Shown: one piece after another, positions 40,801-53,981 of the stretch
Numbering within the stretch: the stretch's first letter is position 1
Layout of the letters: every line of letters starts with the position of its first letter
Assembly (NCBI RefSeq): GCF_006345805.1
Contig: NC_043003.1
Coordinates: 55,242,001 to 55,306,000 of the forward strand
Direction of reading: 5' to 3'
Origin: Octopus sinensis
Taxonomy: Eukaryota
Length of the DNA stretch: 64,000 nt
Notes under the pieces: model-generated
Told to the model about the DNA's origin: nothing
The model's database searches: none
Seen by the model: the letters and a program-made list of their open reading frames with translations, nothing else
Made by a program: the position numbers and the translations under genes

Positions 40801-43800
40801 TCAATGTCTAGACATCAGGTATATAATATGTAACTGAATTTCATGTACGTTATTTGTTAAATGTGGAATCCTTTGAACAGATTCACTTGAAATCTACGAA
40901 ATTATGTTTCATGTGTAAGGTTATCTCTAAAGATTTTCTATGGAGCTCAAAATGAAATTATAGCACTATTAACACAAGGTAGGACACAGTATATACTTCT
41001 GAACCTATAATATACTTAGAAGTATTACGGTAACAAAACGAAATGCTATTGGCTTGCCAGCAATTAGATATGAAATTATGTACTCACAGGACATAAACGA
41101 CACCCACTGTACAAGAGAGAATAGAAACATAATACCCCTCATCAGCATGACCTTAAACTTAATATGAGAGTTAATCTCATTACACCGTTGCCAATAAACT
41201 GAAAGTTTCAAACCAAGCAGATTAAATCAACTGCATCTTTATTCAAAAGACAGGGATATAGCAACTAACTTTCCCAATCAAAATTATGTGACTTTCCCCT
41301 CCGCTCAACAAATGACTATGCGTGTTTCCTATAACCTGTTTTCTGATCTGAACATAGTATTTGGAAATTTTACATAATAAAAATTTACAGTCAGATGTAT
41401 TTCATGCTAACTGAGCTTCAATACCATACGTTGTATATTTCCATATTATATTCTACATTGTATTAGACATCCTGTGTTACATGCTCTAACACTTTAATGT
41501 GTATTATATGTTCGGAATTCTTATTGTCTTTATATGTGATTGCTTGGCTGATTGTCCTTGCCTAGCTGTATAAGTTTACGTATGTGTATGTGTACGACTA
41601 TATGCATATGAACATACACACACATATGATGTAGTATGTGTGTGTGAGCGCGTGTGTGTATGTGTGTGTGTGTGTGTGTGCGGGCTTCCGTGAATGCGTA
41701 TATATCATGTATATGTGTGTTTCAATATGTGCTAACGCACGAAACGCTCAGCCCTTGAGCTACTCTGATGCTTCTGCCAAATACTGACGAATACATGTAT
41801 ATAACATACTCATGTTTTCAGTTGTATATATATGTACATGAATATATATGTATATATATATATATATACATATATATACATATCAAAATGTATGCATGTA
41901 TCCATATGCATATAGATGAATGTTTATACACATGCACACACTCACACACGCTCTCTCTCTCTCTCATGCATATATTTTCACCCCTTCCTCCTCTAATAGA
42001 CATATTTAATTCAATCGCTCGCCATATTTCGTTCAAAGTTACTCATCCACGCTCACTACAAAATTTAATTTATGGCTCTTTAAAGACACTGATGCCATGG
42101 AGATTCTCTGTGTATATATTTGTATGTCCGTGTCTATGTACGTTATGTAATGCGTGTATGAGTGTTTGCATGTGTGAGTGCACATGTGTGTGAGTGCTTA
42201 TGTGTTTGTGTGCATATCTACATTATAGAGAATAATCTTCAGTAATGATAGAGGACATGTAATCCATTCACTAAATATAATCTGAAAAATTACTATTATT
42301 TCAATCTGTATTCAGAGAATCTTTCAAGTTATATTATTATTCGATTATAATTCTCTCAAATAATACCTTTGTCTCATTAAAAAAAGAAGGCACTTTGGAT
42401 AATATAATACTTGAATACTTCATAGCCCTAAAATGACTGTGCAGAGAAAGCTTTCGATCAAAAGTGACGTGAAGTTAAACAACAAAAGCAAAATGTGGTA
42501 TCGAATGAACCTCTACGCGGAACGTAAGATTCCTGGCAAGGAAAATTTAATTCTTCTCTGCATTATAATATAATATAATATAGAAATACTTAAATGAATA
42601 AAAATACAGAAAGAGAAAAGGATAGAAAGTAAGAAAGAACGAAAGAAGACCGAAAAATTGGATAATGCATTTACAAATATAGTGTACCTTAAAATAAAAG
42701 ATGGATGGTCCTTTTATAGGATTAGAGATATTCTTAAATAAAACTGCCCTACTGTGGCGAAAATAAGTAGATAAGTACATATTGGTGGTAATATGTTGTA
42801 ACTTGGTCTGCCCGAAATGGCAACCATATCTCCCTGTCATCTCCCTGTTGTTAGAAGAAGATATCGCCTGCAATAAAAGCAGAACTAAAAACAACTACAA
42901 TAACCTCTTTTAATCTTTCAGATTTTGTCTTACTTTTGCAAAGACACTCGTTTCTCATTTTGTACAATGGTAACAATGAAAAGAGCGACAGAAACTTAAA
43001 CAAAGGGGCCAATTAGAAATAACAGTCAACTGCCATCACGAGTATGTTTTTTGCATTTTATACAGCGAAAGGAAATGCGATAGATTATATTAGATAGTAT
43101 AAGGCCAACACGAGGGATAGGCTACTGTTGGACTGCATTTTCATTATACGTTAAACCAATTTTGTTGAAGTGGGATTAATTGCAGACAACTTACAGAGTA
43201 AAAGCCAAATGCTTTGTTAAATGTATGATTCGATTCAATTTTAAAAGTAATTTCATTATTTTGATATTTCATTTTAAGCTTAATTTTAATTATTTTCAAT
43301 ATGTATATATTTTGAAAGTTAATCAAAAGATTACAAAGATTTGCCAAATTTAGAGAACTGCTACAGAAATCTATTGATCTATATAGAATTATACATTATT
43401 TTTTGAATAACTACTACAATTAATTGTATTTTCCGTACAGAAACACTAATATACGCAAACGTGCACACAACTAAAGAAACATATACGACCAAAAGTTATT
43501 GGTGAGACTTCAAGCTCAATCCTCTTCAGCGACATAAAGTCATTGCACTGAATAACTTCTGCGAAGTTCTGCACGCTCAGTAATTAAAAGGTTTCGATGA
43601 AATCAACTAAAAGTGTACGACAATCTGTGCAGCATTCGTTCTATGTATGTATGTATGTATGTATGTATGTATGTATGTATGTATGTATGTATGTATTTAT
43701 ATATGTATGTATGTATGTATATGTGTATGTATGTATCCCTCTGTATGAACAAAATGCAAGCCTATTCCTTTGACGATCGGGAGAAATGGAAAGTCTTTTA

Positions 43801-43897
43801 CGTTTCGAGCCTACGATCTTTAAGAGAAAGGATTAAGAGAAAATAAACAAATAAACAAATAAAAAGAGGATGAAGAATACTTGTAGATTCCAGCGAT

Positions 43898-43979
<82 letters not shown>

Positions 43980-44229
43980 ATGTATGTATGTATGTATGTA
44001 TAAATATTTAAATTTTAAATAAGGTGTATTATTACCGTTATTAATAGTTTTAATAAGTTAATAATAAGGTGGCCATCAAGTTCATACACTTACAGGCACA
44101 ATGTAGGGCAAATTTAGATACAGTAGGGTATATAGTAGCACTTCCTAAAATCAGAGCCAAGACTCCAAAACTATTATAGACTCACAATAAAAATTACATG
44201 TAAGCAATGCATTGAACATAGTAGAGATT

Positions 44230-46330
44230 TACTTTTGATAGGCTTCTTTATTAAGACGAGCTTCTGTTGAGATCCACTCAGCAAACTTATACAGAGGGAA
44301 TATATAGAACTGTGGTTGCAATTGTTTTGCACATGCATCAATATGATCGCTGAGATGTATCTGGCGATATTGTGGTGAAGCTATTTGTTTCCGGTGCACT
44401 GTACAGCGGTGGCGGATAGAATTTTCTCTACTTCTGATATAATCTTTTTGGCAGCCCGAGGATTTGATCACATAAAGTAGATTTTCGGACGCACAAGTGA
44501 AATCTGATTTGATTGTAAAGTGTTGCACTTGTTTGAAATGGCATTTTGACTCATTCAAAAGGTTGGGGCTTGTCCACAGTAAGAGCGATTACAATTTTTC
44601 CAGTTTTGCACTGGCGGTATTTGGAAGTAATTTTGTATTTGTTAGTATTTTCTTTCGTGACTTGGGCTGTTTGTTGCTTTTGATTATTTTAAGATAACGT
44701 AGAATTCTTTTCAGTTTAGGGTTCTTACCTAGTATTGGTGGGCTTTGCATGATTCTGTTCAATGCTTCTTTGTTTCTGGGGGTGTATGTTAATATGTAGC
44801 GTAATGTTTTTTAGAGTAGGTTTGTTGTTGTCTTTTGTTTTTCTTAGTGCCTCAGTATTAATGGATTTCGCACCTTTTACTCCTTCGTTTATAAGTTGGT
44901 TTGGATAGTGCCTATCTAGGAATATGTTTTTGAGTTCTTGTAATCTTAAATCCCTGGCATTTTTCTCCGAAACGATAGTGCAGATCCTTCTCGCAAGATT
45001 GAAGGGGTGTTTGTTTTCTTACGCCTCGGGTGACAAGAGCTAAAGAGAAGGTATTGCTTAGCATCTGTCGTTTTATAAAAGATATCTGTTTCTAATATGT
45101 TGTTGTTGTTTGTGTGCTTTTTTAATAGTATGTCCAGGATGGTAGTTCTTCCTGGTTGTATTCTACAGTAAATTGAATGTTTGTGTTGATGCTGTTTACG
45201 AGTGTTTTGAATTCCAGGAATTTGTTTATGTTTTTATTCCATAGTATGAAACAATCGTCTAAAAGTCTCTTTCAATTTTCCGTTAAGAACTGGGCGAGAG
45301 AGTCTCCAAGTTTTAGCAGTGATTTCTGGTACATTGTTTGTTCTAAGACTCCCATTGTAAGATTGGTAATGGTAAGTGCTGCGTTCGTACCCATCGCAAT
45401 TCCAGATTTTTGGCGGTAGAAGGTGGTATCAAACATGAAGTAATTATTACGGAGGATACATTTTCTGGATTCAATGATGAATTCTTTGTTAATTCATTAT
45501 TGTATTTCTTCTGGATGTTGTTCCAGCCAGAATCGAATTGCTTCTAATTATGTGGTAGGTTGGAATCTAAGTTCATGACATCGAATGTAACCATGAATGG
45601 TTATTCCTCAGCCTGTTCTGGGAGGTGGTGCAACATATCCAAATCATCTCTGATATAACCTTTGATGTGTTTTAGGTATGGCTTCAGGAGAATGTCTATG
45701 AAGCAACTTAATCGGTGGGTCTCAAAGGATGGGCCAGATATGATGGGTCGTAATTTTAGGTCTCCTGGTATTGGTGTATGTATGTTTGCATTATGTTTTT
45801 GATGGTGTCGTCAATGCTTGGGATTTTGTGACTTTTAAGAAGACCATAGAATATACTGGGTTTACATTTGAAATTTGTCATGGTATCTGTTTCTTTGTAA
45901 GGTCTTTTTCATGGGCTTGAACCAGTGAGAGTAGGTTTTTCATTGTTTTTTGGAGAATTGTAGTTGTTGAGTTTTTCATACTATTCATTATAATTTAATA
46001 TGATATTTGGAGTAAGATGTGTTCATGAATACAACTTCAATTCCTTTATCTGCTTAATTTATATATATGATGTTTTGCTTTGGAAAGATTTTTATAAGGC
46101 TTTAACTTTCATTGTAGTAGTATCTATGGAAGACCAGAGGAATTCTTATTTGAATGGGCTTAAAGAGTGGTTGCAATTTAACATATAATTTAGTTATTGC
46201 AGTTTACTATTAATACCGATATAATGTACATTGTTTTATATCTTTCTTTGTTGTACTTTTATTAAAGTTAGTGCTTAATCCTGCCTATATATTGATTGAT
46301 TGAAATAATGTGGTTATTAAACTTTTCCTT
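44230..46330 (-). mobile_element. Penelope-like element with disabled RT plus GIY-YIG ORF
   Basis: Minus strand: ADKGIEVVFMN...FYGL...LRPIISGP...TFDVMNL...GIAMGT...RDLDDCF...IQFTVE...IFYKTTDAKQYL.F.SCHP...FNLARRICTIVS, then FTCASENLLYVIKSSGCQKDYI...RHRCTVHRKQI; many stops and frameshifts. Confidence 0.95.
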
Positions 46331-46700
46331 TTATATTATAATACGGAAGACGGTAGGGGTTATAATTTTCATATGACGTAATCGAGTTGTCGCTGTTCAG
46401 TTACGTATTTAGGCGTGGATGTAATTTACTTACTGAATTCATTTATCGATACGGTTGAACACAGGGTAAATGTGTTCGAAATTTGCGGTCTCCTTGCCTT
46501 GTTTATTCCGAAACAACAATTATTTTAGTGTTGTTCACATCGCTGGATTGAAGGGTACTGTCCAGGTGCCGAAACCATAGTGATATCCGTAGGGCAGCTG
46601 ATGATGGAGATATGTTGCATTGTTGGAATAGCACTTTTTGTATATGTGGAATAGTATTATTGGATTGTTAGTATAGCTGTATTATACATATATATGTATT

Positions 46701-46765
<65 letters not shown>

Positions 46766-47984
46766 CAATGACAATTCTACCCCTTTTTTACTGACAATAT
46801 AATGCTTTCTCTCCAAGAATTTGAACTATATAATATATATATATATTATATATATATATTATATAATATATATATATATATATACATACATATATATACA
46901 TATATAACCCTCTCCATTCTGTCGATATCTAATCCTGTTCCAGTTCTTTTGAACCTGCTCACATCTAATTCCCATTTGTGATTTATGCCTTAATATACAT
47001 TGTACTCCTGAGGTGATAGGCGATGATGAGTGAAAGCAACGATTATATGAACGAAAATGAACGAAAATTATCTAAGTATCTTAGCAAATCAACATAAATA
47101 TATTTTTTTTACATGTCACAATAGAGACCTCTCAAGAAGTGAGTTGGCAGAGGAAATTACATTGAACAACCACTCAGCCATTTAAAGAAGAGAAGTGTAA
47201 AAAGAAATATAACAATCAGCTTGCGCATCTCCCAATAAAAAATTGCAGTAGCTTCACTAGTATCCAACCAAATTGTTTAAACTAATTACAAAACAATTTA
47301 CATGCATCTAAAGATTTTCATAGTGAAAAAAATGCACTTATCCTAGTTACTGAATCATATTTCACTTTGCTCCAACTCTCCTTACCACAACCTGCGTAAA
47401 TTTAATCAACCTATAAGTACGCATTAACGACTGCGAGTAATAGAAATTGAATGCATGTTACCTACATTTCAGTATTCTCCCAAATGCTTTTGTTTAAAAC
47501 GCGGCTTGTATGCTTGCAAGTAATGCGTTTATAGACCTAGGCTCTAATTTTTCACAACACAGCCATACGTTTCGAAAGTACTTGAAAATGTATCGACACA
47601 GAGCTATCAAATGAAAATGCCCGAACTGAGAACAAGGCATATTGTGTACTATCCGACTTAGGACATTTGACTTTATACATATTCGGGAAGGAAACATTGC
47701 GCTACGTGTTTACATTCCGAAGAATAGATGCGCTAATTTTTTCGAGACCAAACCTCAACAGAGAGTTTTTGAAAACTATCTCTCAGAAAATACGTAAGAC
47801 AACGAAATCCTAGAGACACTATATTTCATTAAGATACCCCTTGAAGAAATATAGCCCGCGAAGAAACGCACACTTACAAGAATTATTACTAGATACGCAG
47901 GAAAGTACAGTCTAGAATTTGCTATCTGTGACAACGTGCTATCTCTGAAGCAGAAGATCAACAGCAGTTGTTTTCACCACGAGT

Positions 47985-48090
47985 AAGGCTGTGACGATGG
48001 TCATAGATACTTTCATTTGGAGCCTTCATGAAGTGGATGGAGCGCTACAACAAATGCATTGAAATCAGAGGATCCTACTTTCAAGGATTT
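47985..48090 (+). pseudogene. mariner transposase C-terminal fragment
   Basis: KAVTMVIDT...GAFMKWMERYNKCIEIRGSYF matches the mariner W-ER--KCI---G-YF ending. Confidence 0.85.
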
Positions 48091-48602
48091 ATTAGGTCTC
48101 TGAAATTAATAAATGTCTCCTCTGCAAAAGGTCTCACAAATTCTGGATTGCACTATTTTTATATATCTATGTATATGTATACTATTAGATAATAAAATGA
48201 ATGGTTTATAACTGGTAGCATACTGGTAAAGCACAATCACTTCTACAGTATTCGTTATGTATTTGGTTAATGAGAGACGGAAGATAGAAGTTACGAGAAT
48301 TTTCATTAATCACTACAATTTTTTCGTCTCTAAAGGATAGAGTAGAAACAACTGTAGTGATTAAGAAAAAAATTATCGTACCTTCCATCTTCCACCTCAT
48401 TACCGCGTGTGTATCATTGGCGATTTTTAACTCCGTCTTCCCTTCCTTGGATCTTTCCTTTTTCTACGTTTCTAACGAAGCGCTCCGCTCGAAACATTAA
48501 ATCCCCTTCTTTTTTTCTTATCCTGAGCGTCCAAAAACACTATACTTGTTCCACGTCCTCACGTTGTGTTTTCTCTTTGTGTTTTCACGTTTGGATTAAC
48601 TT

Positions 48603-48648
<46 letters not shown>

Positions 48649-48731
48649 GGTCCCGGGTTGATCCGGGGTTAACCACAGTAAGTAAGGTACTCAATACATA
48701 GCAGAGTAAAATTAATTTATTATATAGAAGG

Positions 48732-48782
48732 AGCTTCTACAGGACTAGTACTGTTTCATTCAAGAGAAATCTTCAGGAAGCT
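48732..48782 (-). ncRNA. Type I hammerhead ribozyme candidate
   Basis: Minus strand: agcttc CTGAAGA t-ttc-tctt-gaa-t GAA ACAG tactagtc CTGT A gaagct. Stem I has 6 bp, stem III has 4 bp, cleavage triplet GUA; stem II has 3 bp closed by a U.U mismatch. Confidence 0.75.
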
Positions 48783-48845
48783 ATTTAACAAGAATTGTAT
48801 TAGCATTTATACATTTAGGCAGGTTTAAAGGAGGGTTTACATATA

Positions 48846-48886
<41 letters not shown>

Positions 48887-49346
48887 GTATATATACATAT
48901 GTATGTGTGTGTGCCTTTGTCTATGTATGGGCATGTGTCTGCATGTATGGAGTCTCTATGTATTTGCTTGCATGATGTGTCTATGTGTGTGTGAGCAAGT
49001 CCTACAATGTATGCCACAATAAATACCTCATCCACCATCAATATCTATTTCGTCATTATATATCAATTTCCATATTGTTATTAATAGTATTATTATCATA
49101 GCTACTGTTTACTACATGTTGCTTCTTCTTATTTTTTATAGTTGTTATAGTTATAGTTTTATAGTATGATCTGCACTGGGCACATTAATTTACTTGTTCT
49201 TCCCATCGTTATGGCTGGCATGCGAACCTTCTTAGCTCGTTTTTATTCTCCTATCTCTTCTTAGTACTATTCTTAGTACTGTTCTTTATTATTACCACTA
49301 TTTATATGATTGGTATCACACACACAAACACACACACACACACACA

Positions 49347-49387
<41 letters not shown>

Positions 49388-50081
49388 CATATATATATAT
49401 ATATATGTATACACCAACACGCTTGCCGAAACCTAAGTTCACTTGGAAGCAGCAACATATCGTGGCGATACTTTACTGAATTGCCCTCCACACGAACAGA
49501 ACTTGAAATAACTTTGAAGTGACACACATACACACAGACACATATACACCTCCACACACAAACATACACACACATTCGCACATATGTATGCACAAATATA
49601 TGCATATATGTGTATATAACTCTACACATATATGTATGTATGTATATATATATATGTATGTGTATGTGTGTGTGCGTGTGTGTGTGTATGTGTGTGTGTT
49701 TGTGTGTGTGTGTGCGTGTGTGTGTGTGTGTGTGTATTCCTATGTTTGTTTGTACGAAGTTATGTATACATAAACACACAAAACTTACAAATATATGCAT
49801 GTGATTTTCGCCGGGCTGGAATACCGGTCTCTAAACTGGAAATAGGCGGCGTATTTGCTGCCAGAGAGCATAGACCCGGAGAAAAGATACCAAAAGGCAT
49901 AATGTGTAATCCTTTAATAGATCTGCCAATTCAGACCGTTTTATACAGTAACTGTCTCGGGAAGTTTTTAAGCAAGTGCCCAAATATTCCTGCGTATCAT
50001 TCTGTATGGCAACACACCAGCTGGCGAGAGAAAATGCATGTGAAATCTAATACTATGGTATAAAATTAAACTTGCTCACGC

Positions 50082-50116
<35 letters not shown>

Positions 50117-50145
50117 ATATATATGTATGTATATATGTATGTATG

Positions 50146-50183
<38 letters not shown>

Positions 50184-51616
50184 TTGATAGATAGATAGAT
50201 AGTTGGATGGATAGATAGATACACATACATATATATCTTATCAAATGTATATGTATGTGTGTTTGCGTCACTTTAGATAGTGAGCAGATAGAAAAAGTGA
50301 AAGATTTGTATACTTCACTATAGTGAATGTTTGTGTGACAATAATGGAAGCTTCATACATGTGTGAGTGTATATAGGGAGCGGTTCCATGCACGCGTTCG
50401 TGTTGGTGTATGTTCGAAACTATTATTTCAATAGAGGCGAAATGTAATACATAATATAAAATAAGATCGTGTCTGAGAGCTTCAGTACAACTTTTCCGTT
50501 TCTAGTAAACGGTCGAGCTTAAATAGCTTAAAACTAATTCACATATTTTGTTTGTTCCAGCATAACTGCACTTGAAAGACGGAAACAATTGAAATGTAGG
50601 CGATATATATGTGTGTTCATATCTATATATCTATGCACATGCACACACAAACATGCGCATACGTAGGCATATATTCATATATGTACGTATATGTGTATAT
50701 TTGTGAGTTTGCATTTATATATATATATGCATATATAGGCATACCTGTACGTATGTAAAAATACAGAAGCAGAGAAACGGAGGAGAGAGAGAGAGAGATA
50801 CGTATATCAGTCCGTAGCAATGGAATAACTGTTTGTATACATACACAGTATATGTTTATATAAGCTTATATTCTGGAAATTTTCATTGATAAAGACGAGC
50901 AGGTTTTTTTATAGAAAAATCTGATGAATGCAGGCAGCCTCACCTAAGAAGAATATTGTTTTCATATATATTCTGTAATAATAAGTATAGGAGCCTCAAA
51001 TGTCATACAATTGGTTGTCAAAGATGGTTGACATTCCATTGGAAATAAATATAATATATATTCACCGAACACTTCACAGGTCTTTTCAGGAATTTATTCA
51101 ATTATATTCTTTATGTGAACATTAATCCACATACTTTTCAAGCCAGTGAACATTCAGTGGGTACATAATAGATTCCATCACTGAAAGAGGTTCAAATTGG
51201 ATAAAGAATAAATGGCTTCTTACATTGATAGAATCCCCTCAGATTTTCTTCTATTTGAATGGGATTCCCAAGGCTGTGCTATTCCTCGCGTTATCAGTGA
51301 TGTTTGTCAGGGATTACCCTACCACTATTACTATAAATACGCTGTTATGTTGACTATGTATAAGAATAATGCTTTAAAAAATGAATTCGATGCTAATCGA
51401 GTCATCTATTTACTTTTTATCCATCGGGAATTATGTTCCAGGTTTTTATATTTTCTTTTATTTTTATTTGAGACAGGCATTTTTTTTATTATATTTATGT
51501 GTAGCTTTAGAAAGCCGACACATTCTGTTCTTTCATCGTCGATATCACAGACATTAGGAACTGCATGTTCATTTTTATCGTCTTCTTTTACAAAATTGGA
51601 CAACATACATCTGCAT

Positions 51617-51735
<119 letters not shown>

Positions 51736-51956
51736 GCTCACAATGGACGGACGCTAGTCATATCGGCTCCACGTAAGTTGGCCACTTCTACATGTTTAAA
51801 ACTCCTTATTGTCAAATATTTTGTTTTAATCGTTTTGCAAGTTCATTCACTAAAAAACCTGAGAATTATTCACGTAGAATTCCGCCCCTGTATGGGCGAA
51901 ATTACAAAAAACTTTCAAAACTTTCGTGGGTTTTTTAGCCATTTTTCATTTTGAAA

Positions 51957-53343
51957 ATGGCAACTAGAAACCACGTGGCTAGCCCGCCAGTCATGCAGAA
52001 CGGTAGCAAAACACTATTGCTACCACTAGCTGCTAAACATCGCAGGGTGAACACCGCTGTCACCACCATCACTACCACCACCAACAACAACAACAAAACT
52101 AACGTCGCATTCACCATCGCCGCGACCAAAGACATTAACTTAGATTTCCCCTCACTCCCCACACCACTTGTTGATGATAAAGGGACGGAGAAAGGGATTT
52201 CAAAAATGAATACAAACGAAAACATGAATGCCAGCACCACCACCATCACCACCAACAACAACAACAACGAAATTGGCACAAAGCCGCCTACCAAAGACAA
52301 CACCGCCAACACCAGCACCACTACTACGACGTTACATGCTACATCTAAGCCTTCTGCTGCTAATACCGCCAACACCAACACCACTACCATGACTTCACCT
52401 ACCACAATTAACACTTCTACTGCCAAATTCAAAACGAATTTTGCGGACGTAACAAAACAAAAAAGAACAATTGTAACATTCACCACACAAGAGATAAACC
52501 GCACAAAGGCACTCTTCTCCAAAGAAGGAGACAAATTGCACCTTCACATTCCACAACACATCGTGGAAAACACACCAAAAAACAATAATTTATAAGTAAT
52601 AAACAAAAAACAAGAAGAACAGAAAATGCACCGCAGGAAAAAATCGATAAATGCCTTCGTCCTGCATGGGACTCCAAGAATATATCAGTTGGGGAAACAA
52701 ATTTGGTACAGTCCAAGTACGTTTCCTCAACGAAAGTTTAGCAAAACGTTTTTCCACATTGGAGCTGCATTCGGACGACTTGGTAATGATACCAGTCTAT
52801 TTAACACAAAGGGTCACGAAAGTCCAAATAAAAAACATACCACTTGAAGTCGAAACACAATGGTTGATCTCTGCCATCTGCTTTGAAATGACAGAGACAA
52901 TGTCAGAGACAAACATCCTTGAAATCGCGGTTCTAGGAGAGAAAGACTATGTGGGCAAATCAATCGAATTCCTGCTTCAATTGGATGAAGCAGCAAGAGA
53001 GAAGATACCCACCGCTATAGAACTGCCAGGAGGCTACAAACTCTATATAGTGGTAGAGGGCAGGCGACCACGCTGCTATTTGTATGGAAGCGAAACACAC
53101 TTGAAAAAGACGTGCCCAACCACTGCACACCAAGAGCAACAACAACAACCACTACCACAACCAAAGCACTCCGGAAAAAAAGCTCTACTACCCACACCAC
53201 TATCAACACAGAAGACGACAAGAGAAGCACACCAAGCTAATCCGTCATCAACCAAAAACCACTTAACACCTGAAAAAATACCACACCACAACAACAGCAA
53301 AACCCAAAGGAACAGAAAAACAAAGAAAACACACACAAACTGA
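51957..53343 (+). pseudogene. Tx1-type ORF1 (gag-like), frameshifted
   Basis: Thr/Asn-rich N-terminus, then ...VTKVQIKNIP...YIVVEGRRPRCYLYGSETHLKKTCP (CX2CX4HX4C knuckle with the second C replaced by Y); stop at 52595 and frameshifts. Confidence 0.85.
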
Positions 53344-53981
53344 TCCCCCATCCCTTATACCGCACTCAACACACACAACACTCAACAACCAACAACAACG
53401 AAAACAACAACACAACAACTTACACAGACATACATAGAAGCCCACAACATACCCCTACCCCTACTGATTCCTCAGAAATTTCGTCGGAAGACGAAACGTG
53501 AGGAATGGCAATAGCTACAAAAAGAAGGAAAATAAAGAGCAGAAACACAACCAAACCAAATGCAAACAAGAACAAAGCAGGGGGAAATACATCTCACGAA
53601 GACATTTCAAAACCCAACGCAAACAACAGCCACACCAACCACACAAAATATATACAGCAAACATGCTCACAGCTATAGACACCAAAACACAAATTGATGG
53701 AATACATCCAATCAAAAAACAACATAAACAGAAGATGACATAAAAACAAACAATCACCCATACACAACACCACCAGACCACATCAAAATATTACACATCT
53801 CCAAAAGTCTGCACCACACACTCAAAGGCATTTCCCCAGCGCGGTTGGTAAATGCCAAAAATATCTCACAAAGAAACTGTACTGGGATCTCCTCGAGGAC
53901 AAACCAAGAGGAGAAAGCAAAAACTTTCGAGCAGTAAGTAACCCTCTGTTCCTTTCACTTGTATTCTAATTCATTAGGACT

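Noticed and set aside
48206-48400. 64-aa ORF with a signal-peptide-like start
   Set aside because: It abuts a repeat and a mariner fragment, is short, and has no recognisable domain.
51951-52595. Mucin-like Thr/Asn-rich ORF as an independent gene
   Set aside because: It is the N-terminal part of the frameshifted Tx1 ORF1.
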